Source: Hypanus sabinus (Eukaryota). Taken from it: DNA of 64,000 nt. Positions within the stretch are counted from its first letter, which is position 1; the number at the start of each line of letters is the position of its first letter. The notes under the pieces are model-generated. The model had not been told where the DNA came from. It made no database searches and saw only the letters and a list, made by a program, of their open reading frames with translations. The position numbers and the translations under genes were made by a program. Shown in pieces: positions 63,540 to 64,000 of the stretch. The stretch spans positions 12,958,001 to 13,022,000 of the forward strand of contig NC_082712.1 in the NCBI RefSeq assembly GCF_030144855.1. Reading direction: 5' to 3'.

Positions 63540-64000
63540 ATAGCTTTCTGATTTCCCAGTGTCTGTGTTTTCCGGTTCCATGCTCTCCGATATTTATCCT
63601 GTCCTGTTAGAATCTTACAAGGTTCTATGAGTTCTTAGACATTCCTCTCAACTCCAGTGTCTATGGGGCCAACTAATTCACTCTCTCATCAGGCATTATT
63701 CCTGCTCCCTCTGGTTTCTTCATACACCTTCACTACATTCGCTCTCTGATAAATCATCCCAACAAAGACAAACTCCAAACTGCACAAACTTCAGATAGGT
63801 TCTCTCTAAGGCCCTGTACAGCTGCAGCAACATTCTGTCTTCTGTTCTCAAATCACCTTGCAATGAAGTTCAAAGTAACATTTGCTTCCAAACTGTCACT
63901 GCTGAACTCCTGCTTTTAGCGTACAGAGACGTCCTGGCCTTCTCTCCGTTTCACCCTTCTGAAACAATCTGCATTCCCATAAGAATGTAAACATAGCATC
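63540..64000 (-). mobile_element. Decayed CR1 RT C-terminal fragment
   Basis: Reverse complement encodes LYRAL.R..L...VQF..L...MM...FR.MIP-like segments. Confidence 0.6.

Overview
Eukaryotic, repeat-dominated DNA, most likely from a cartilaginous fish (shark or ray). This is inferred from dense CR1 LINEs with esterase ORF1, V-SINE-like SINEs, Rex1/Babar fragments and Penelope-derived repeats. Most of the window is nested, decayed retroelements: CR1, L1, a HERO-like RLE element, Rex1, a near-complete Gmr1-type Gypsy with integrase before RT, two internally deleted LTR elements and several solo LTRs with target-site duplications (TSDs). Between them is a + strand multi-exon Ig-superfamily gene that the ORF track does not show as a unit. 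Its parts are a signal-peptide exon (10169-10229), a Siglec-15-like V-set exon with the sialic-acid Arg (19785-20168), a second V-set exon lacking that Arg and carrying a long FG loop (33507-33902), a Siglec-15-like TM exon with an intramembrane Lys (38152-38254) and a short tail exon (40063-40078). All junctions are frame-compatible, giving a V-V-TM(K) activating-type receptor of about 320 aa with no C2 domain found. The TM/tail block is duplicated about 23 kb downstream with a nonsense codon in the TM. No rRNA, genuine tRNA or CRISPR features are supportable. Family assignments come from motif recognition and memory, not database searches.
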